Translations under genes and position numbers: made by a program
The notes under the pieces: generated by a model
The model's input: the letters and a program-made list of their open reading frames with translations, nothing else
What the model was told of the DNA's origin: nothing
The model's database searches: none
In this document: in pieces, positions 11,456 through 23,071 of the stretch
How the letters are laid out: each line of letters opens with the position of its first letter
Numbering within the stretch: the stretch's first letter is position 1
From: Coxiellaceae bacterium
GTDB lineage: Bacteria > Pseudomonadota > Gammaproteobacteria > JAJRRL01
Direction of reading: 5' to 3'
NCBI GenBank assembly: GCA_047404195.1
Contig: JBDOIU010000005.1
Location: 75,643 to 139,642, forward strand
DNA length: 64,000 bases

Positions 11456-11737
11456 TTATGAGTCGGAAGAGGGTGCTTTTAACGTGATAAATCGTAATGC
11501 ATGGATATCAGTTTGCATTAATGTGCCTAGCGCTTGATAAACTTGTCGTTGTTTTTGTAGGCTATTGAGGCCGTTAAAAGCGTTGGCTGTAATCTCAACG
11601 GCAATATGGCTTAAACCACTTTTGGCGCCAGCGTGCCCAATATGCATGTGACTTTCGTCGATGATTTGGTAGTCTGTTGGCTGCAGCTTGCTTTCAATTG
11701 CTTGCTCAATACGCTTTCGCCTTTGATCACTTAACAT
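11456..11737 (-). CDS. bolA: BolA family protein
   Basis: Motifs IIDESHMHIGH, F.GL...QRQVYQAL and IHAL. Real start is ATG 11737, directly after the yciB stop. Confidence 0.9.
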   Translation of the reverse strand: MLSDQRRKRIEQAIESKLQPTDYQIIDESHMHIGHAGAKSGLSHIAVEITANAFNGLNSLQKQRQVYQALGTLMQTDIHALRFITLKAPSSDS

Positions 11738-11738
11738 G

Positions 11739-12296
11739 TCAGCACTCACTTTTTTTAGTATCAGTGTCAATGTCTTTAACATAGCGTGACAGGTAAATGG
11801 CTTGTGCAATACAGAAGGCAATGATCAGCCCTAGGGTACCCATCAGCTTGAAATTCACCCATACATTTGTCGAGTAGTTGTAGATCACATATAGATTCAG
11901 CCAGCCCATTGCAAAGAAAAAGCAACCCCAAGCCATATTCAGTTTATACCAAACGGGTTTTGGCAAAGCCATGCCAGTCCCCATGAGTCGCTCAATGATG
12001 GGCTTTTCACCAATCCAGTGTGAGGCAATCAGTACAATTGAGAATATCCAGTATACGATCGATGGTTTCCATTTGATAAATATTTCTTTGTGTAGCAACA
12101 ATGTGCTGCCACCAAGCAACAGTAGTAGCACTAGACTCACTAAATGCGACTTCTCAACTCGCTTGTGCATGATATAGCAGGCCAATACCTGAATGCTAAA
12201 CACAACCATGGCGACCGCTGTTGCGGTGTAAATATTGGTAAGCTTAAAGGCAATAAAGAAGCAAAGTATCGCTAGGTAGTCAAAAAGAATTTTCAC
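11739..12296 (-). CDS. yciB: Inner membrane protein YciB (septation protein A / IspZ)
   Basis: Motifs FIKWKPSIVYW, W.KLN.AW and WVNFKLMG. GTG start 12296 with GGAGG RBS. Confidence 0.93.
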   Translation of the reverse strand: MKILFDYLAILCFFIAFKLTNIYTATAVAMVVFSIQVLACYIMHKRVEKSHLVSLVLLLLLGGSTLLLHKEIFIKWKPSIVYWIFSIVLIASHWIGEKPIIERLMGTGMALPKPVWYKLNMAWGCFFFAMGWLNLYVIYNYSTNVWVNFKLMGTLGLIIAFCIAQAIYLSRYVKDIDTDTKKSEC

Positions 12297-12447
12297 GCGC
12301 CCTCCGGTTAGCATCAGTTCATTGCATTATGACGCTATTATGGTCAATTTGCAATGCAGCTTTTTGAGCCTTGCTGAATCATTTGGTGATGAGAAATATA
12401 GCAAAATGTGTGTTATAGTTATGCGCGAGACCAAACAAGGAATACTT

Positions 12448-13062
12448 GTGAAAACATTGGCCATAGACCCTATTCGGCATAGCCCGCGCCATTTGGCCCA
12501 GGCTGTCTCGGCATTCCAAGATAATGATATTGTAATTTATCCGACAGCTGTTGGTTATAGTATTGGTTGTTTATGTCACAAGAAGGCGACTTTAGAGAAG
12601 TTATTCCGTTTGAGGCACCTCTCAAGTGATCACCCCTTTAGCTTGATATGTAAAGATATTGCACACATATCAAGCGTTACACAGCTCAGCTCAATGGCAT
12701 TTAAGTGTATTAAGCAGCATGCGCCTGGTCCATTTACATTCGTGCTTCCAACAGGTAAGCGCCTGTTGCGTCAGTTGGCGCTACCTAAAAAGCGGCAAAC
12801 TGTTGGTTTTCGTGTCTCAGACCATCCAGTGATACGGACTTTAATCGCATTGCTTGATGAGCCCATTGCCAGCTTATCTCTCAAGCTGCCTGATACAGAC
12901 GAGCGTATGTGTAACCCAGATGAAATCCAAAAAATTTTTGCGGGTGATGTCGCATGCTTGATTGATGTGGGTTACATTGCTGACGAAGCCACAACGGTTG
13001 TTGACCTCACCCAAGGGTCGCCTACCATTATCCGTCAGGGTGTGGGTCAACTTAATTTTTAG
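12448..13062 (+). CDS. yciO: Sua5/YciO/YrdC family protein (YciO-like)
   Basis: Motifs IYPT..GYSIGC, PGPFTFVL, TVGFRV.DHP, TTVVDLT and IIRQGVG. GTG start 12448 with AAGGA RBS. Confidence 0.85.
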   Translation: MKTLAIDPIRHSPRHLAQAVSAFQDNDIVIYPTAVGYSIGCLCHKKATLEKLFRLRHLSSDHPFSLICKDIAHISSVTQLSSMAFKCIKQHAPGPFTFVLPTGKRLLRQLALPKKRQTVGFRVSDHPVIRTLIALLDEPIASLSLKLPDTDERMCNPDEIQKIFAGDVACLIDVGYIADEATTVVDLTQGSPTIIRQGVGQLNF

Positions 13063-13612
13063 TTTATGATAGATGTGTTCTCGACATGAAATTTTTAACT
13101 TTTTCGTTGTTGATTGCTATGCTTTTTTATCTACAAATATTGTTTGTGGTGTTATGCTTTTTCTTAATTCTAGGAGTCAGCATGGTTTTTAGATTCCACT
13201 ATCAGTTTGATATCGATTCAATGGTGATATCCACACGGATTTAAGCATATATATTCCTTGTCTTTGATATCATCGTGCGCCACTGTTTGTTATGCAGATA
13301 TGAGAAGATCTAGAAACACTTTCGTATGCTGGATTGGATTCTCTAATTTAGTCAATATTCATTAGCGGCATAGCTATAAAAGTCGGCATAATCTAGTGTT
13401 ATGTAAGTATTCACGTATTATGGGTATATGCTTTTTTTGAGGCAGAGGCTAAAATCCCGTGTATTCAATGACTTGGGTGATGGCAGGGTGAAGTGATAGG
13501 GTACAGCTTGTCATTCTTCGTAGAGCTGCTGGTTTGATGCTTGGTTGAGTCGTGTATGATTTAGGTGTGATGTGTTTTGCCTGACATGCACTGACTCGGT
13601 GGTAGAAACAGT

Positions 13613-13855
13613 CTAGAAATCCCTGAGCTGCATTTCAAGGTTCCTTTGGCAATGTTTGATGTATTCTCTCATGAGTCGTGGATCTTTTTCAGCTGCGCTG
13701 TATTGGTCTAAGTGACGTTGCTTGTAGACTTCGACATGATTCTTTGCGATGGTGCTAACCAGAAAAGGGTACGCGACTGATACGCCGCTTACAAATAGAA
13801 TCGCCTCAATTGCTTTGTAATTCGGGTAAATGATGTTTTTAAAAAAATTCTTCAT
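13613..13855 (-). CDS. Small hypothetical protein with one hydrophobic segment
   Basis: 80-aa ORF from ATG 13855 preceded by a strong CAGGAGG RBS. Hydrophobic stretch AIEAILFVSGVSVAYPFLV. Confidence 0.6.
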   Translation of the reverse strand: MKNFFKNIIYPNYKAIEAILFVSGVSVAYPFLVSTIAKNHVEVYKQRHLDQYSAAEKDPRLMREYIKHCQRNLEMQLRDF

Positions 13856-13986
13856 GACAATGCCTCCTGTGATCATGCATCGTATACACGTCTATAGTCA
13901 TCGATGCAATCATTTGTACTGCTGCGATTTGAAGTGTATCACGAATGTTTGTTTGTATTAATGTTGACTCATTGTCGCCTGATTTC

Positions 13987-14928
13987 TTAGGCTAGCCAGT
14001 TCTCGATTAATGAGATGATTCTGTGTGTTGATTGAGTGCATAATCCGTCAAAGCGCTTCGAATCTGGGAACTTGTTTAGCCATGTATGTTGCCTTTTCGC
14101 AAGCTGGCCCGTTGCAATGCAGGCACGCTCAATCATCTCCTCATGGCTCATTTGATTGCTTAGATATGCCATGACTTGTCGATAGCCGACTGTCCTCATG
14201 ATGGGGGATTCAGCAGTGAGATGATATTGACGTATGATATGTTGTGTCTCTTCAATCAGGCCTGCAGTTAACATTGATTGAAAGCGCTGTCTGATACGCT
14301 CGCGGAGCTGATTTCTATCTGTGGTGATCAGTGCCACTTCCATGATGTCAAGTGTTGCTATTTGCGCTTGTGTGTCCGTGCATTGTCCTGGTTGCTTGAG
14401 ATCACCCCCTTGTCGGTAAACGCACAATGCACGACTGATGCGTTGCTTATCTTGTGGTTGTATTTGGGCTGCGACCTCAGGTTGAATGGCGTGAAGTTCT
14501 TGCCACAATGATTCCCAACCCTTCGAGGTCGCTTCATCTTCGATGTCTTGCAGTACGGATTGTTCATTGCGCTCGAGGCCGGAGTAAGCATTCTTTAGAA
14601 AGTGGAAATATAACATGCTGCCGCCAACGAGTACGGGTATGGTGTCTCTTTGATGGCATCCGTCAATGCAGCGTAACGCATCATTTTTGAATTCACCGGC
14701 TGAGTAAGACTCATTGGGTAGGCGGATATCCAGCATGTGATGTGGGCAAAGTGATTGCTCAGTAAGACTGGGTTTGGCTGTGCCAATATCCATGTCTTTG
14801 TACACAGTCGTTGAGTCGGTGCAGATGATCTCAATGGGGTAGGTTTGTGCGAGTTGCTGCGATAAGGTAGATTTGCCGGTCGCTGTTGCCCCCATCAAGA
14901 ATATAACTGGTTTTCGTTCTGACATCAT
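13987..14928 (-). CDS. miaA: tRNA dimethylallyltransferase
   Basis: Motifs GATATGKS, DS..VYKDMDIGTAKP, VGGSMLY, VGYRQV and QLAKRQHTW. Overlaps the mutL stop (ATGA). Confidence 0.97.
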   Translation of the reverse strand: MMSERKPVIFLMGATATGKSTLSQQLAQTYPIEIICTDSTTVYKDMDIGTAKPSLTEQSLCPHHMLDIRLPNESYSAGEFKNDALRCIDGCHQRDTIPVLVGGSMLYFHFLKNAYSGLERNEQSVLQDIEDEATSKGWESLWQELHAIQPEVAAQIQPQDKQRISRALCVYRQGGDLKQPGQCTDTQAQIATLDIMEVALITTDRNQLRERIRQRFQSMLTAGLIEETQHIIRQYHLTAESPIMRTVGYRQVMAYLSNQMSHEEMIERACIATGQLAKRQHTWLNKFPDSKRFDGLCTQSTHRIISLIENWLA

Positions 14929-16802
14929 TGCCCACGCAAAAAGAACTTGTCGAGCGTCGCAATGTCAATATGCATGATACTAGGGCGGCCATGGTTGCAC
15001 AAACCGCAGCGAGGCGTCGTCTCCATATCATCCAATATCGCTTGCATGGCCATGAGGCTGAGGCTGTGGTTGGCTTTAATGGCTGATTTACAAGCTATGT
15101 TACCAAGTATCGCGTGACATTTGTTTTCAAAGTCTGCTGATCTTGCTGAATCCGTATCCTGCTCCAGCAAAGAACGAAAGATTTTTTCACAGGATTTCTC
15201 TGGAATAATGCTCGGCAATTCAGTCAGCGCTATGGTGGTTGCAGATATCTTATCGCTCACAAGACCGCACTGTGTCAGTGCGGAGTGGTGATCTTCCCAG
15301 CATCTCATCTCATTGCTGGTGAGCTCAAGCTGTATAGGCAGGAGTAGTTTCTGCGTTTTGATGCCGTCATTAGCCAGCTGTTTTTTCAGCTTCTCAAATA
15401 AAATACGCTCGTGTGCCGCATGCATTTCAACTATGACTAGGCCCTGCTCATCTTGCGCTAAGATATACAGGTCATGCAATTGTGCGAGTGCGATTTTTTT
15501 ATGGGCAATAGGCGCTGTCGCTTGTTGGCTTGTTTCTGTAGCTGTATCGGTCAGTGGTCTTTGTATGACAGCTGTTTGCGCGCTGCTTGCATGGCTTGCT
15601 TTTGGTGCTGGCTTTGCAGCTGTAGCGCTGGCGAGACTGGGCTGGTATGTGTTTCTAGTGCCCGCTGTTGTGAGTCGTGTTTTTGGCTGTGATTCTTGGT
15701 ATTGAGCGTGATTTTCTTTGGCTTTTTGTATGGTTTCTTGTAATGCCTGACGCTGCTCATCAGTGTCTATTACTGGTGTTGCAGATTGCTGCATTGGTAG
15801 CTGACTGATAGCCTGTGAAACACACTCCTTGAGAAAGGAATGCACCAGGGCATGATCACGAAATCTGACTTCATGTTTGTTTGGGTGCACATTAACATCC
15901 ACTGACTGTGGTGGAATATCAAAAAATAAAACATAGCAAGGATGGCGACCGTGAAACAATACATCATCATAGGCTGCACGAATTGCATGTCGAACGACCT
16001 TATCCTGCACATATCGACCGTTGATGTAGAAGTATTGCATGTCTGCTTGTGATCGCTCAAAGCTGGGGTGTGCAATCCAGCCTCTCAGAGAAAGACCATG
16101 GTGTGTCATTGCGATATTATGCGCATGTTTGGTGAAGCCGTCACCAATCACCTTGCCAACACGTGCCAATGCTTCGCTCTCTGTGCTGGCGGACGGAATG
16201 TTGAGGCGAAGTTTATTGTCTTCAGTAAAACGTATTGCAAGCTGTGGCTGTGATAGCGCAATCTGTCCCACCACATTCAGTACTTGCCTGGCTTCTGTTT
16301 TAGGGCTGCGTAAAAACTTGCGACGCGCCGGCACATTAAAAAAGAGTTCTCGCATGGTGATTTTTGTACCTTGCTGCAGAGCTGCTGGCATGACACCATC
16401 ATTTTGACCAAAACCATTACATGACAGTGAAAACGCAGCATCACTGTCTTCGTGTTTTGAGGTAATTGTCAGCCTAGACACGGCTGAGATACTGGCTAGA
16501 GCCTCCCCCCTGAAACCCATGGTTTGTACTTTCAGTAAGTCATCATCACTGCGTATCTTGCTCGTGCAATGCCTGCTGACAGCCAACAATAAGTCGTCTC
16601 GATGTATGCCACGACCATTGTCTTCTATTTCTATACGATCTATGCCACCTTTGTTGATTGATAGCTTGATTTGTGTGGCGCCAGCATCAATGCTGTTTTC
16701 AATCAGCTCCTTGATTGCTGAAGCGGGTCGATTAACCGCTTCTCCTGCTGCAATGCGTGTTGCTAGATCAGCAGGTAGTGCGCAAATACGTTGTTGGGGC
16801 AT
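14925..16802 (-). CDS. mutL: DNA mismatch repair protein MutL
   Basis: Motifs IAAGE.V.RPASAIKELIENSIDAGA, GFRGEALASI, VDVNVHP.K.EVRF, EMHAAHERI, ACK and CNHGRP. Confidence 0.98.
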   Translation of the reverse strand: MPQQRICALPADLATRIAAGEAVNRPASAIKELIENSIDAGATQIKLSINKGGIDRIEIEDNGRGIHRDDLLLAVSRHCTSKIRSDDDLLKVQTMGFRGEALASISAVSRLTITSKHEDSDAAFSLSCNGFGQNDGVMPAALQQGTKITMRELFFNVPARRKFLRSPKTEARQVLNVVGQIALSQPQLAIRFTEDNKLRLNIPSASTESEALARVGKVIGDGFTKHAHNIAMTHHGLSLRGWIAHPSFERSQADMQYFYINGRYVQDKVVRHAIRAAYDDVLFHGRHPCYVLFFDIPPQSVDVNVHPNKHEVRFRDHALVHSFLKECVSQAISQLPMQQSATPVIDTDEQRQALQETIQKAKENHAQYQESQPKTRLTTAGTRNTYQPSLASATAAKPAPKASHASSAQTAVIQRPLTDTATETSQQATAPIAHKKIALAQLHDLYILAQDEQGLVIVEMHAAHERILFEKLKKQLANDGIKTQKLLLPIQLELTSNEMRCWEDHHSALTQCGLVSDKISATTIALTELPSIIPEKSCEKIFRSLLEQDTDSARSADFENKCHAILGNIACKSAIKANHSLSLMAMQAILDDMETTPRCGLCNHGRPSIMHIDIATLDKFFLRGQ

Positions 16803-16872
16803 GGTCTCTCCGAATCAGCGTGATGGTGAGTGAAATATTTGATATAATGATTTAAAGCGAGGAGGGCAAGGC

Positions 16873-17349
16873 ATGTCAATCATAATCCAAGCATTTGATC
16901 AAAAACTGACACACGTTGATGGCACAGGCTTGAGCTATTCTTACTCAGTTTCAACTGGTTTGGCGGGCATGGGTGAAGAAAAGAACAGCTTTAAGACGCC
17001 ACGTGGTCGTCATATTGTGAGAGCCATCATTGGCCGAGATTGCCCTAAAAACGCGGTATTTGTAGCAAGGCGCTGGCTGGGCGAGTGCTTTACAGCTGGT
17101 ATGGAAGAAATTTATCCTGGCAGAGATTGGATTTTGAGCCGGATCCTATGGCTAAGCGGCTGTGAGCCTGGCTATAATCGTTTGGGTAGGGTGGATACGA
17201 TGCAGCGTTACATCTACATACATGGCACACCTGAGACCTATCCAGTGGGTGTGGCTGGTTCTCATGGCTGTATTCGTATGCACAGTGATGCCCTCATTGA
17301 CCTGACTGCTCGTGTGAATGTTGGGGAAGAGGTGTTGATACTCGAGTGA
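16873..17349 (+). CDS. L,D-transpeptidase (YkuD family)
   Basis: Motifs VSTG, TPRGRH, IYIHGT and the catalytic SHGCIRM. Confidence 0.92.
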   Translation: MSIIIQAFDQKLTHVDGTGLSYSYSVSTGLAGMGEEKNSFKTPRGRHIVRAIIGRDCPKNAVFVARRWLGECFTAGMEEIYPGRDWILSRILWLSGCEPGYNRLGRVDTMQRYIYIHGTPETYPVGVAGSHGCIRMHSDALIDLTARVNVGEEVLILE

Positions 17350-17364
17350 CAAAGGAGTCAATTC

Positions 17365-17982
17365 ATGGATGTTTCCGAGCAACAAGTGGCTGCTTACCAG
17401 CCATTACTGTCTTATTGGTTTGGCAGGATTGAAGAGACCATCGTGCCTTCCGAAAACCGTGCAAAGATATGGTTTGGCGAAAACCAAGCAGTTGATGCTG
17501 AAATCAAAGATAAGTTCATGGATATCTATCAGGCTGCTGTCAATAATGAGCTTAAGATGTGGCAACAAACTTCGCGTGGCCAGCTTGCCTTGATTATCCT
17601 GTTGGACCAGTTTTCGCGCCATATTCACCGAGATACCAGTGAGGCCTTCTCATGCGATAAGCGTGCGCTTGATATCTGTTCTGGTGGTGTGCATGACATG
17701 TCAGAGCATGAGCTCAGCTTAATAGAGCGTGTATTTTATTATTTGCCTTTAATGCATTCAGAGTGTCCCGACCATCAAGCGCTATCACTGCAATGTTATG
17801 GTATGCTGGTCGACTTGGCACTGCCTGAAACGAAAATGGTCTATGAGGGCTTCTATCGTTTTGCTCAGCACCACTACATCGCCATTAAAAAGTTTGGGCG
17901 ATTCCCGCAAAGGAATCAATTACTGTCACGACAGTCAACGGATGCAGAGTTGGCATATTTAGAACAAGAGGGGAAATTATAA
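17365..17982 (+). CDS. DUF924 family protein
   Basis: Motifs LALIILLDQFSRHIHR, FYYLPLMHSE and FGRFPQRN.LL.R.ST. Confidence 0.9.
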   Translation: MDVSEQQVAAYQPLLSYWFGRIEETIVPSENRAKIWFGENQAVDAEIKDKFMDIYQAAVNNELKMWQQTSRGQLALIILLDQFSRHIHRDTSEAFSCDKRALDICSGGVHDMSEHELSLIERVFYYLPLMHSECPDHQALSLQCYGMLVDLALPETKMVYEGFYRFAQHHYIAIKKFGRFPQRNQLLSRQSTDAELAYLEQEGKL

Positions 17983-17983
17983 T

Positions 17984-18331
17984 ATGGGGCAATTATTATA
18001 CCGTGTTCTGTTTAAGCAGGATGACAAGATTTATGAGACCTATGCGCAATACGTCTCAGATGAGAGTTTAGTGGGGTTTGTTGAGATAGAGGAGTTTATC
18101 TTCACTGACTTGCCGCTCACCCAATCAACACTCGAGCGTGAAGACAGTGATGTCTTGGAAAAAATATTCTCAGGGGTCAAACGTTGCTACATACCTGTCC
18201 ACTTAGTGCTCAGAATTGATGAGGTGAGCCAAATTGAGGTACTGAATGCTGGACGTGGTGAGCATTCTAATGTAAAACCATTCCCTATATCTCACCTAAA
18301 TCCAAAATCTGATGAATCTGATGATGAGTAA
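17984..18331 (+). CDS. DUF1820 family protein
   Basis: Motifs YRVLF.Q..KIYE.YA, GFVEIEEFIF and F.GVKRCYIPVH.VLRIDEV. Confidence 0.8.
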   Translation: MGQLLYRVLFKQDDKIYETYAQYVSDESLVGFVEIEEFIFTDLPLTQSTLEREDSDVLEKIFSGVKRCYIPVHLVLRIDEVSQIEVLNAGRGEHSNVKPFPISHLNPKSDESDDE

Positions 18332-18366
18332 TTGGTGAGCGTGCTTAATGACATGGGGGAGGTAAT

Positions 18367-19413
18367 ATGTGGTCTAAAATGATGTCGTTTGTTGGTGTTC
18401 AAGTATTATTAGTTATTGCGATAGCTGCTCTAGTGAGCATGTTAGAGTATTTCTGTCTTTTTCGCCGCCGCCATCACTATCAATCTTCGCAGAAGCTTTG
18501 GCGACAAGCCTTTGTAGAGGCTGTTCACCATCCTATTCAAACACTGATCTGGCTGCTTGCAACGTGTAAAATAGCGGCTCAGTTCCATAGCTTGAGCACT
18601 GATGTCATCATCGCTAAAAAAGTCATTGTTTCTCTGGTTGTGTTGTGGTTCTTTATTCGCTTTGTCAGTGCCATTGAGCGCATTTTTATTGAAACAGAGC
18701 ATAGTAGTAAGCTGGTTGTGAAAGATAAAACGCGATTGTATGCGTTCGCGCAAATCGCACGTGTATTTGCCATTATTATTGTGACTTTGTCATTACTGCC
18801 AACATTAGGTATTTCTATTTCGGCATTGCTGACTTTCGGTGGTGTTGCTGGTGTTGCATTTGGTTTTGCCGCGAAAGACACGCTGGCCAACTTTTTAGGT
18901 GGCTTGATGATCTATTGGGACAGACCCTTCTCTGTTGGCGATTGGATTAAGTCCCCAGATCGCAAAATTGAGGGAACAGTTGAAAAGATAGGCTGGCGAT
19001 TAACCTTGATCAGAACTTTTGACAAGCGTGCGCTCTACGTCCCTAACGCATTGTTTTCGAACGTTATTTTGGTGAATCCATCGCGTCAAACACACCGACG
19101 TATTGTGAATGTTGTTGGTTTACGATATGAAGATGCGGATAAAGTCGATCAAGTCACGGCCGCAATTGAGGCAATGCTGCGATTGCATCCAGGTATCGAC
19201 TCACAGGCCACTATTTTCGCTAAACTAATGGATTATGGTCCTTCTTCCCTCAATTGCCGCGTTTATGCCTTTACCAACACCACGAACTGGATTGAGTACG
19301 AGGGCATTCGGCAGGATGTTTTGGTTAAAATTAGTCAGATTGTGGCTGAGCTTGGTGCAGATTTTGCCTTTCCGACCCGTACAGTGCATTTACAGGGCGA
19401 CGCGCCAGCTTGA
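18367..19413 (+). CDS. mscS: Small-conductance mechanosensitive channel (MscS family)
   Basis: Motifs GFAAKDTLANF.GG, RPFSVGDWI, EGTVEKIGWR.T, VPNALF and FAFPTRTV. Confidence 0.93.
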   Translation: MWSKMMSFVGVQVLLVIAIAALVSMLEYFCLFRRRHHYQSSQKLWRQAFVEAVHHPIQTLIWLLATCKIAAQFHSLSTDVIIAKKVIVSLVVLWFFIRFVSAIERIFIETEHSSKLVVKDKTRLYAFAQIARVFAIIIVTLSLLPTLGISISALLTFGGVAGVAFGFAAKDTLANFLGGLMIYWDRPFSVGDWIKSPDRKIEGTVEKIGWRLTLIRTFDKRALYVPNALFSNVILVNPSRQTHRRIVNVVGLRYEDADKVDQVTAAIEAMLRLHPGIDSQATIFAKLMDYGPSSLNCRVYAFTNTTNWIEYEGIRQDVLVKISQIVAELGADFAFPTRTVHLQGDAPA

Positions 19414-19491
19414 GCTTGTACCCCGAGCCGGGTATAGTGTTGCCTTTGAGCGCTTTGACGCTTGCACAATTCACATTATCCGGGGGCGCTT

Positions 19492-20055
19492 GTGACCATA
19501 CCATCTGATGTACGTTCAGTTTTCAAATCATCCACTTGTCTTTATTCTAAGGTGCAAGTTGAAGCAGCGCTAGACTGCATGGCTACTGCTATCAGTTACG
19601 AGTTGGCAGACTCTAACCCTGTGATTTTATGTGTGGTTGTTGGCGGTATTGTTGCTCTTGGAAACTTATTGCCAAGGTTGGATTTTCCATTAGAAATTGA
19701 TTATGTACACGCGACACGCTACAACAAAGGTCTTGAAGGCAGCGAGATGCAGTGGATAGCTGAGCCAAGAACTGCTTTGGCAGGACGTAATGTGATCGTT
19801 GTCGATGATATTCTGGATGGTGGTATCACACTTCAATCCGTGATTGATTATTGCCAAGAAAAAGGCGCTTCTTCTGTACACAGCGCTGTATTGGTTGACA
19901 AGAAGGGCGTTCGCCTACCAGAAGGTTTGCCTGAGGCTGATTTCTGTGGTCTGGAGGTGGGTGACCTTTACGTATTTGGTTACGGATTAGATTACAAAGG
20001 CTACTTACGTAATGCGCCAGGCATTTACAGTGTTGCACTAGAGCATATGGGCTAG
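19492..20055 (+). CDS. hpt: Hypoxanthine-guanine phosphoribosyltransferase
   Basis: Motifs DYVHATRY, the PRPP-binding VIVVDDILDGGITL and YVFGYGLDY. GTG start 19492 is inferred. Confidence 0.93.
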   Translation: MTIPSDVRSVFKSSTCLYSKVQVEAALDCMATAISYELADSNPVILCVVVGGIVALGNLLPRLDFPLEIDYVHATRYNKGLEGSEMQWIAEPRTALAGRNVIVVDDILDGGITLQSVIDYCQEKGASSVHSAVLVDKKGVRLPEGLPEADFCGLEVGDLYVFGYGLDYKGYLRNAPGIYSVALEHMG

Positions 20056-20057
20056 GC

Positions 20058-20471
20058 TCACCGTTTGCGCTGCTTTTCTTTGCTGACTAAAATATCAATC
20101 ATTTGATAGAAGCCATTGCCTCTATTCATGGATAGAATATCATGAATATTGAGCGCGTCTGCGATTTCCTGTGGGGTGATACTGCAAGCTGCATCGTGCT
20201 CAAGCTGGTTAAAAATATCAACCAAGATACTGGCATAGCCGCTTGCTATCAAGCCATCCGACCAAGCATTGTAGGCACCATTTTCTTCTGCAACAAAGAG
20301 CTGATACTGGCAGCGGCTCACCCTGTTTCCTTCAGTACGGCATGCTTCTGACAATGGAGACTTTTGCAGTGCTTTACCTCGATCCAGGATCCACTCATAT
20401 AAAATCTCATGGTCATCCATGCTGCGAAGTGTTGCAATCTGCTCTTTGAAATCGTCGATGATTGTACTCAT
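20058..20471 (-). CDS. SufE/CsdE family sulfur acceptor protein
   Basis: Motifs YEWILD.GK.L, NRVSRCQ (conserved Cys), SD.LI..G and LS.NR.NG. Confidence 0.8.
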   Translation of the reverse strand: MSTIIDDFKEQIATLRSMDDHEILYEWILDRGKALQKSPLSEACRTEGNRVSRCQYQLFVAEENGAYNAWSDGLIASGYASILVDIFNQLEHDAACSITPQEIADALNIHDILSMNRGNGFYQMIDILVSKEKQRKR

Positions 20472-23071
20472 ATCATGGTCTCCGTTTCTTTTTTCTGTAA
20501 ACGCTCAGTTAAGTCATACACTAACATGAGGGCCTCTTTTGCTGATAGTTGATCTGCTTGCACTGACTGCAATTGATCCAGCACTTGCTGCTCAGTTTTG
20601 TCTAGTGTTGGCGCATCAAATAAGCCTGTTTGCTGTGGCGGTGTCGCCGCCGGTGTTTGTGTGGGCTGGGTCTCGAGTAATCGACATTTACTGATGGCAT
20701 CTTCGATCACCGCCTTCGGTACACCTGCCAGCTTAGCCACATCTAAACCAAAGCTTTGGTTGGTGGAGCCAGGCATCACTTGGTGCAAGAAAACAATGTT
20801 GTCACCGTATTTTTGTGCAGTCAGGTGTGCGTTACTTGCTTTGGCAGAAGTGTCTGCAAACTGAGTGAGCTCAAAGTAGTGCGTAGCAAATAGTGTTAGG
20901 CATGCAATATTTTCGGTGAGCATTTTAGCCGTTGCCCAGGCGATTGACAATCCATCTAAGGTGCTGGTGCCGCGTCCTATTTCATCCATGATGACTAAAC
21001 TATGGGCGGTTGCATTATGTAAAATATTCGCAGCCTCAGTCATTTCAACCATGAATGTTGATCGGCCACCACTCAGGTCATCAGAAGCGCCAATTCGAGT
21101 GTAGATCGCATCAATTGCACCAATGGTTGCACAGCTTGCTGGTACATATGCGCCGCAGTGCGTGAGCAATACAATTTGTGCTACTTGCCGCATATAGGTA
21201 GACTTGCCACCCATGTTGGGTCCAGTTATGAGAGAGAAGTTATTTCTATGATTCAGTAGTGTATCATTCGGGATAAATGCTTGTTCAGTCAGTATGGTTT
21301 CCAAGATAGGATGCCGGCCTGATTTGATATCAATAATGCGGTCCTGGCTGAGTTTTGGTTGGCACCATTCATGCTCAATGGCATGCTGTGTAAAAGAGAA
21401 GAGGGTATCGCAGTCACAGATGGCTTGAATGGTGTTGTTAAGTGCCTGGTGTTCAGCTTGCAGGTACTGAATCAGTTCTTCGTAAAGTGTTTTTTCTTTT
21501 TGCAGCGCTTCGTGCTGTGCATGCAGTGCTTTGTCCTCGAATGCTTTGAGCTCTTCTGTGATGAAACGTTCAGTGTTCTTCAAGGTTTGTCGACGAATGA
21601 AATGTTCTGGTGCTGACAGTGCCTGTTGTTTTGAGAGCTCGATAAAATAACCATGCACTCGGTTATAGCCAACCTTGAGAGAGGCGTGACCGCACGCAGC
21701 ACGCTCACGCTCTTCCAGTTCTCTTAGAAAAGTTTCGCTATTCTCTCTCAAGTTGCGTAGTTCGTCTAATTCTGTATTGTAACCCTCTGCAATCACGCCA
21801 CCATCTCGAATGACGCTGGGTGGGTTGTCAACAACAGCTGCTTCTAGCTTATCCAGTACATCGGATAATACATGGCACTGCTTTTCTAGTGTAGAAATAA
21901 GCACTGAGTCAGCGTGTTGTGCAAGCAGGGCTTTAAATCTCGGCTGTATACGCAACAGTTCTCGTATTTTAAGGCAATCTCTAGGTCTGGCGCTGGCCAG
22001 AGATATGCGTGTGAGCACGCGCTCGCAGTCGCCAATGCCGGCCAAGCATTCCTGTAGTTCATCCAGCTTATTGAGTCTCATCAAGCTTGCTATGGCTTCG
22101 TGTCGCCCTGAAATTGTTGATTGACAGCGCGTTGGGTTGTTTAGCCAAAGGCACAGCCGCCTTTGCCCCATAGTCGTTTGGCAGTGATCTATTGTTGAGA
22201 ATAATGTGGGACCACTCGGGTTTTGTATACTCGGTGAAATTTTAAGGTGAGCGCGGGTATTGGCATCGATTTTGAGCTGTTGGCTGATGGCATAGTGTTT
22301 TGGTGGCTGCAAGTGTGTCAACATCGCTTGGTGGGTGTAGCTTAAATATTGTAATAAGCAGCCAGCAGCACCGATTGCCGTGTCGAGTTGGTGAATACCA
22401 AATCCATCTAAGTGTTGTGTCTGAAATTGTTCGCAGAGTAAGCGTTGCGCAGTGTGCTCATCCAGTTCCCAGTCTGGGCGATGCTTGATCGATAAATGGT
22501 TAGGTAGTTGCGCTAGCAGCGTTTGCTCTGATTCTGCCAACAATACCTCAGTTGGCTGTATACGCGCTAACTCGCGCTGTAGAGCAGATGTATCATTGAC
22601 TTCCAATAGCTCAAAACAGCCTGTTGTTGTTTTGACATAGGCTAATCCGATCCTGCTTTGCTTCGTATTAATGACGAGCAAAATAGGCTCTTCCTGCGCC
22701 TGCATCAACGCTTCATCACTGACAGTGCTGGCTGTGATGATTTTTGTGACAGCTCTTTCTACAGGGCCCTTGCTTTTTTTGGGGTCTCCAATTTGCTCAC
22801 AAATGGCCACTGACTCCCCAGATGTAATTAATTTACTCAGGTATTTTTCAGCTGCATGATACGGAACGCCGGCCATAGCTATGCGTTCACCGTTGCTCTT
22901 GCCGCGATGGGTGAGCGTGATGTCAAGTAGCTTTGCTGCACGCTCTGCATCATCGAAAAAAAGCTCGTAAAAGTCCCCCATGCGATAAAAAAGCAGCTGC
23001 TGGCTATAATTTGCCTTGATGCGGAGATACTGCTGCATCATGGGGGTGTGTTGGTTATATGTCTTGCTCAT
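20468..23071 (-). CDS. mutS: DNA mismatch repair protein MutS
   Basis: Motifs [52 protein letters not shown] and FATHYFELT. Confidence 0.99.
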   Translation of the reverse strand: MSKTYNQHTPMMQQYLRIKANYSQQLLFYRMGDFYELFFDDAERAAKLLDITLTHRGKSNGERIAMAGVPYHAAEKYLSKLITSGESVAICEQIGDPKKSKGPVERAVTKIITASTVSDEALMQAQEEPILLVINTKQSRIGLAYVKTTTGCFELLEVNDTSALQRELARIQPTEVLLAESEQTLLAQLPNHLSIKHRPDWELDEHTAQRLLCEQFQTQHLDGFGIHQLDTAIGAAGCLLQYLSYTHQAMLTHLQPPKHYAISQQLKIDANTRAHLKISPSIQNPSGPTLFSTIDHCQTTMGQRRLCLWLNNPTRCQSTISGRHEAIASLMRLNKLDELQECLAGIGDCERVLTRISLASARPRDCLKIRELLRIQPRFKALLAQHADSVLISTLEKQCHVLSDVLDKLEAAVVDNPPSVIRDGGVIAEGYNTELDELRNLRENSETFLRELEERERAACGHASLKVGYNRVHGYFIELSKQQALSAPEHFIRRQTLKNTERFITEELKAFEDKALHAQHEALQKEKTLYEELIQYLQAEHQALNNTIQAICDCDTLFSFTQHAIEHEWCQPKLSQDRIIDIKSGRHPILETILTEQAFIPNDTLLNHRNNFSLITGPNMGGKSTYMRQVAQIVLLTHCGAYVPASCATIGAIDAIYTRIGASDDLSGGRSTFMVEMTEAANILHNATAHSLVIMDEIGRGTSTLDGLSIAWATAKMLTENIACLTLFATHYFELTQFADTSAKASNAHLTAQKYGDNIVFLHQVMPGSTNQSFGLDVAKLAGVPKAVIEDAISKCRLLETQPTQTPAATPPQQTGLFDAPTLDKTEQQVLDQLQSVQADQLSAKEALMLVYDLTERLQKKETETMI

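Noticed and set aside
13063-13612. Possible small genes in the 550-bp gap after yciO
   Set aside because: I found only a ~35-codon hydrophobic ORF from 13086 followed by multiple stops, with no RBS or motif support.
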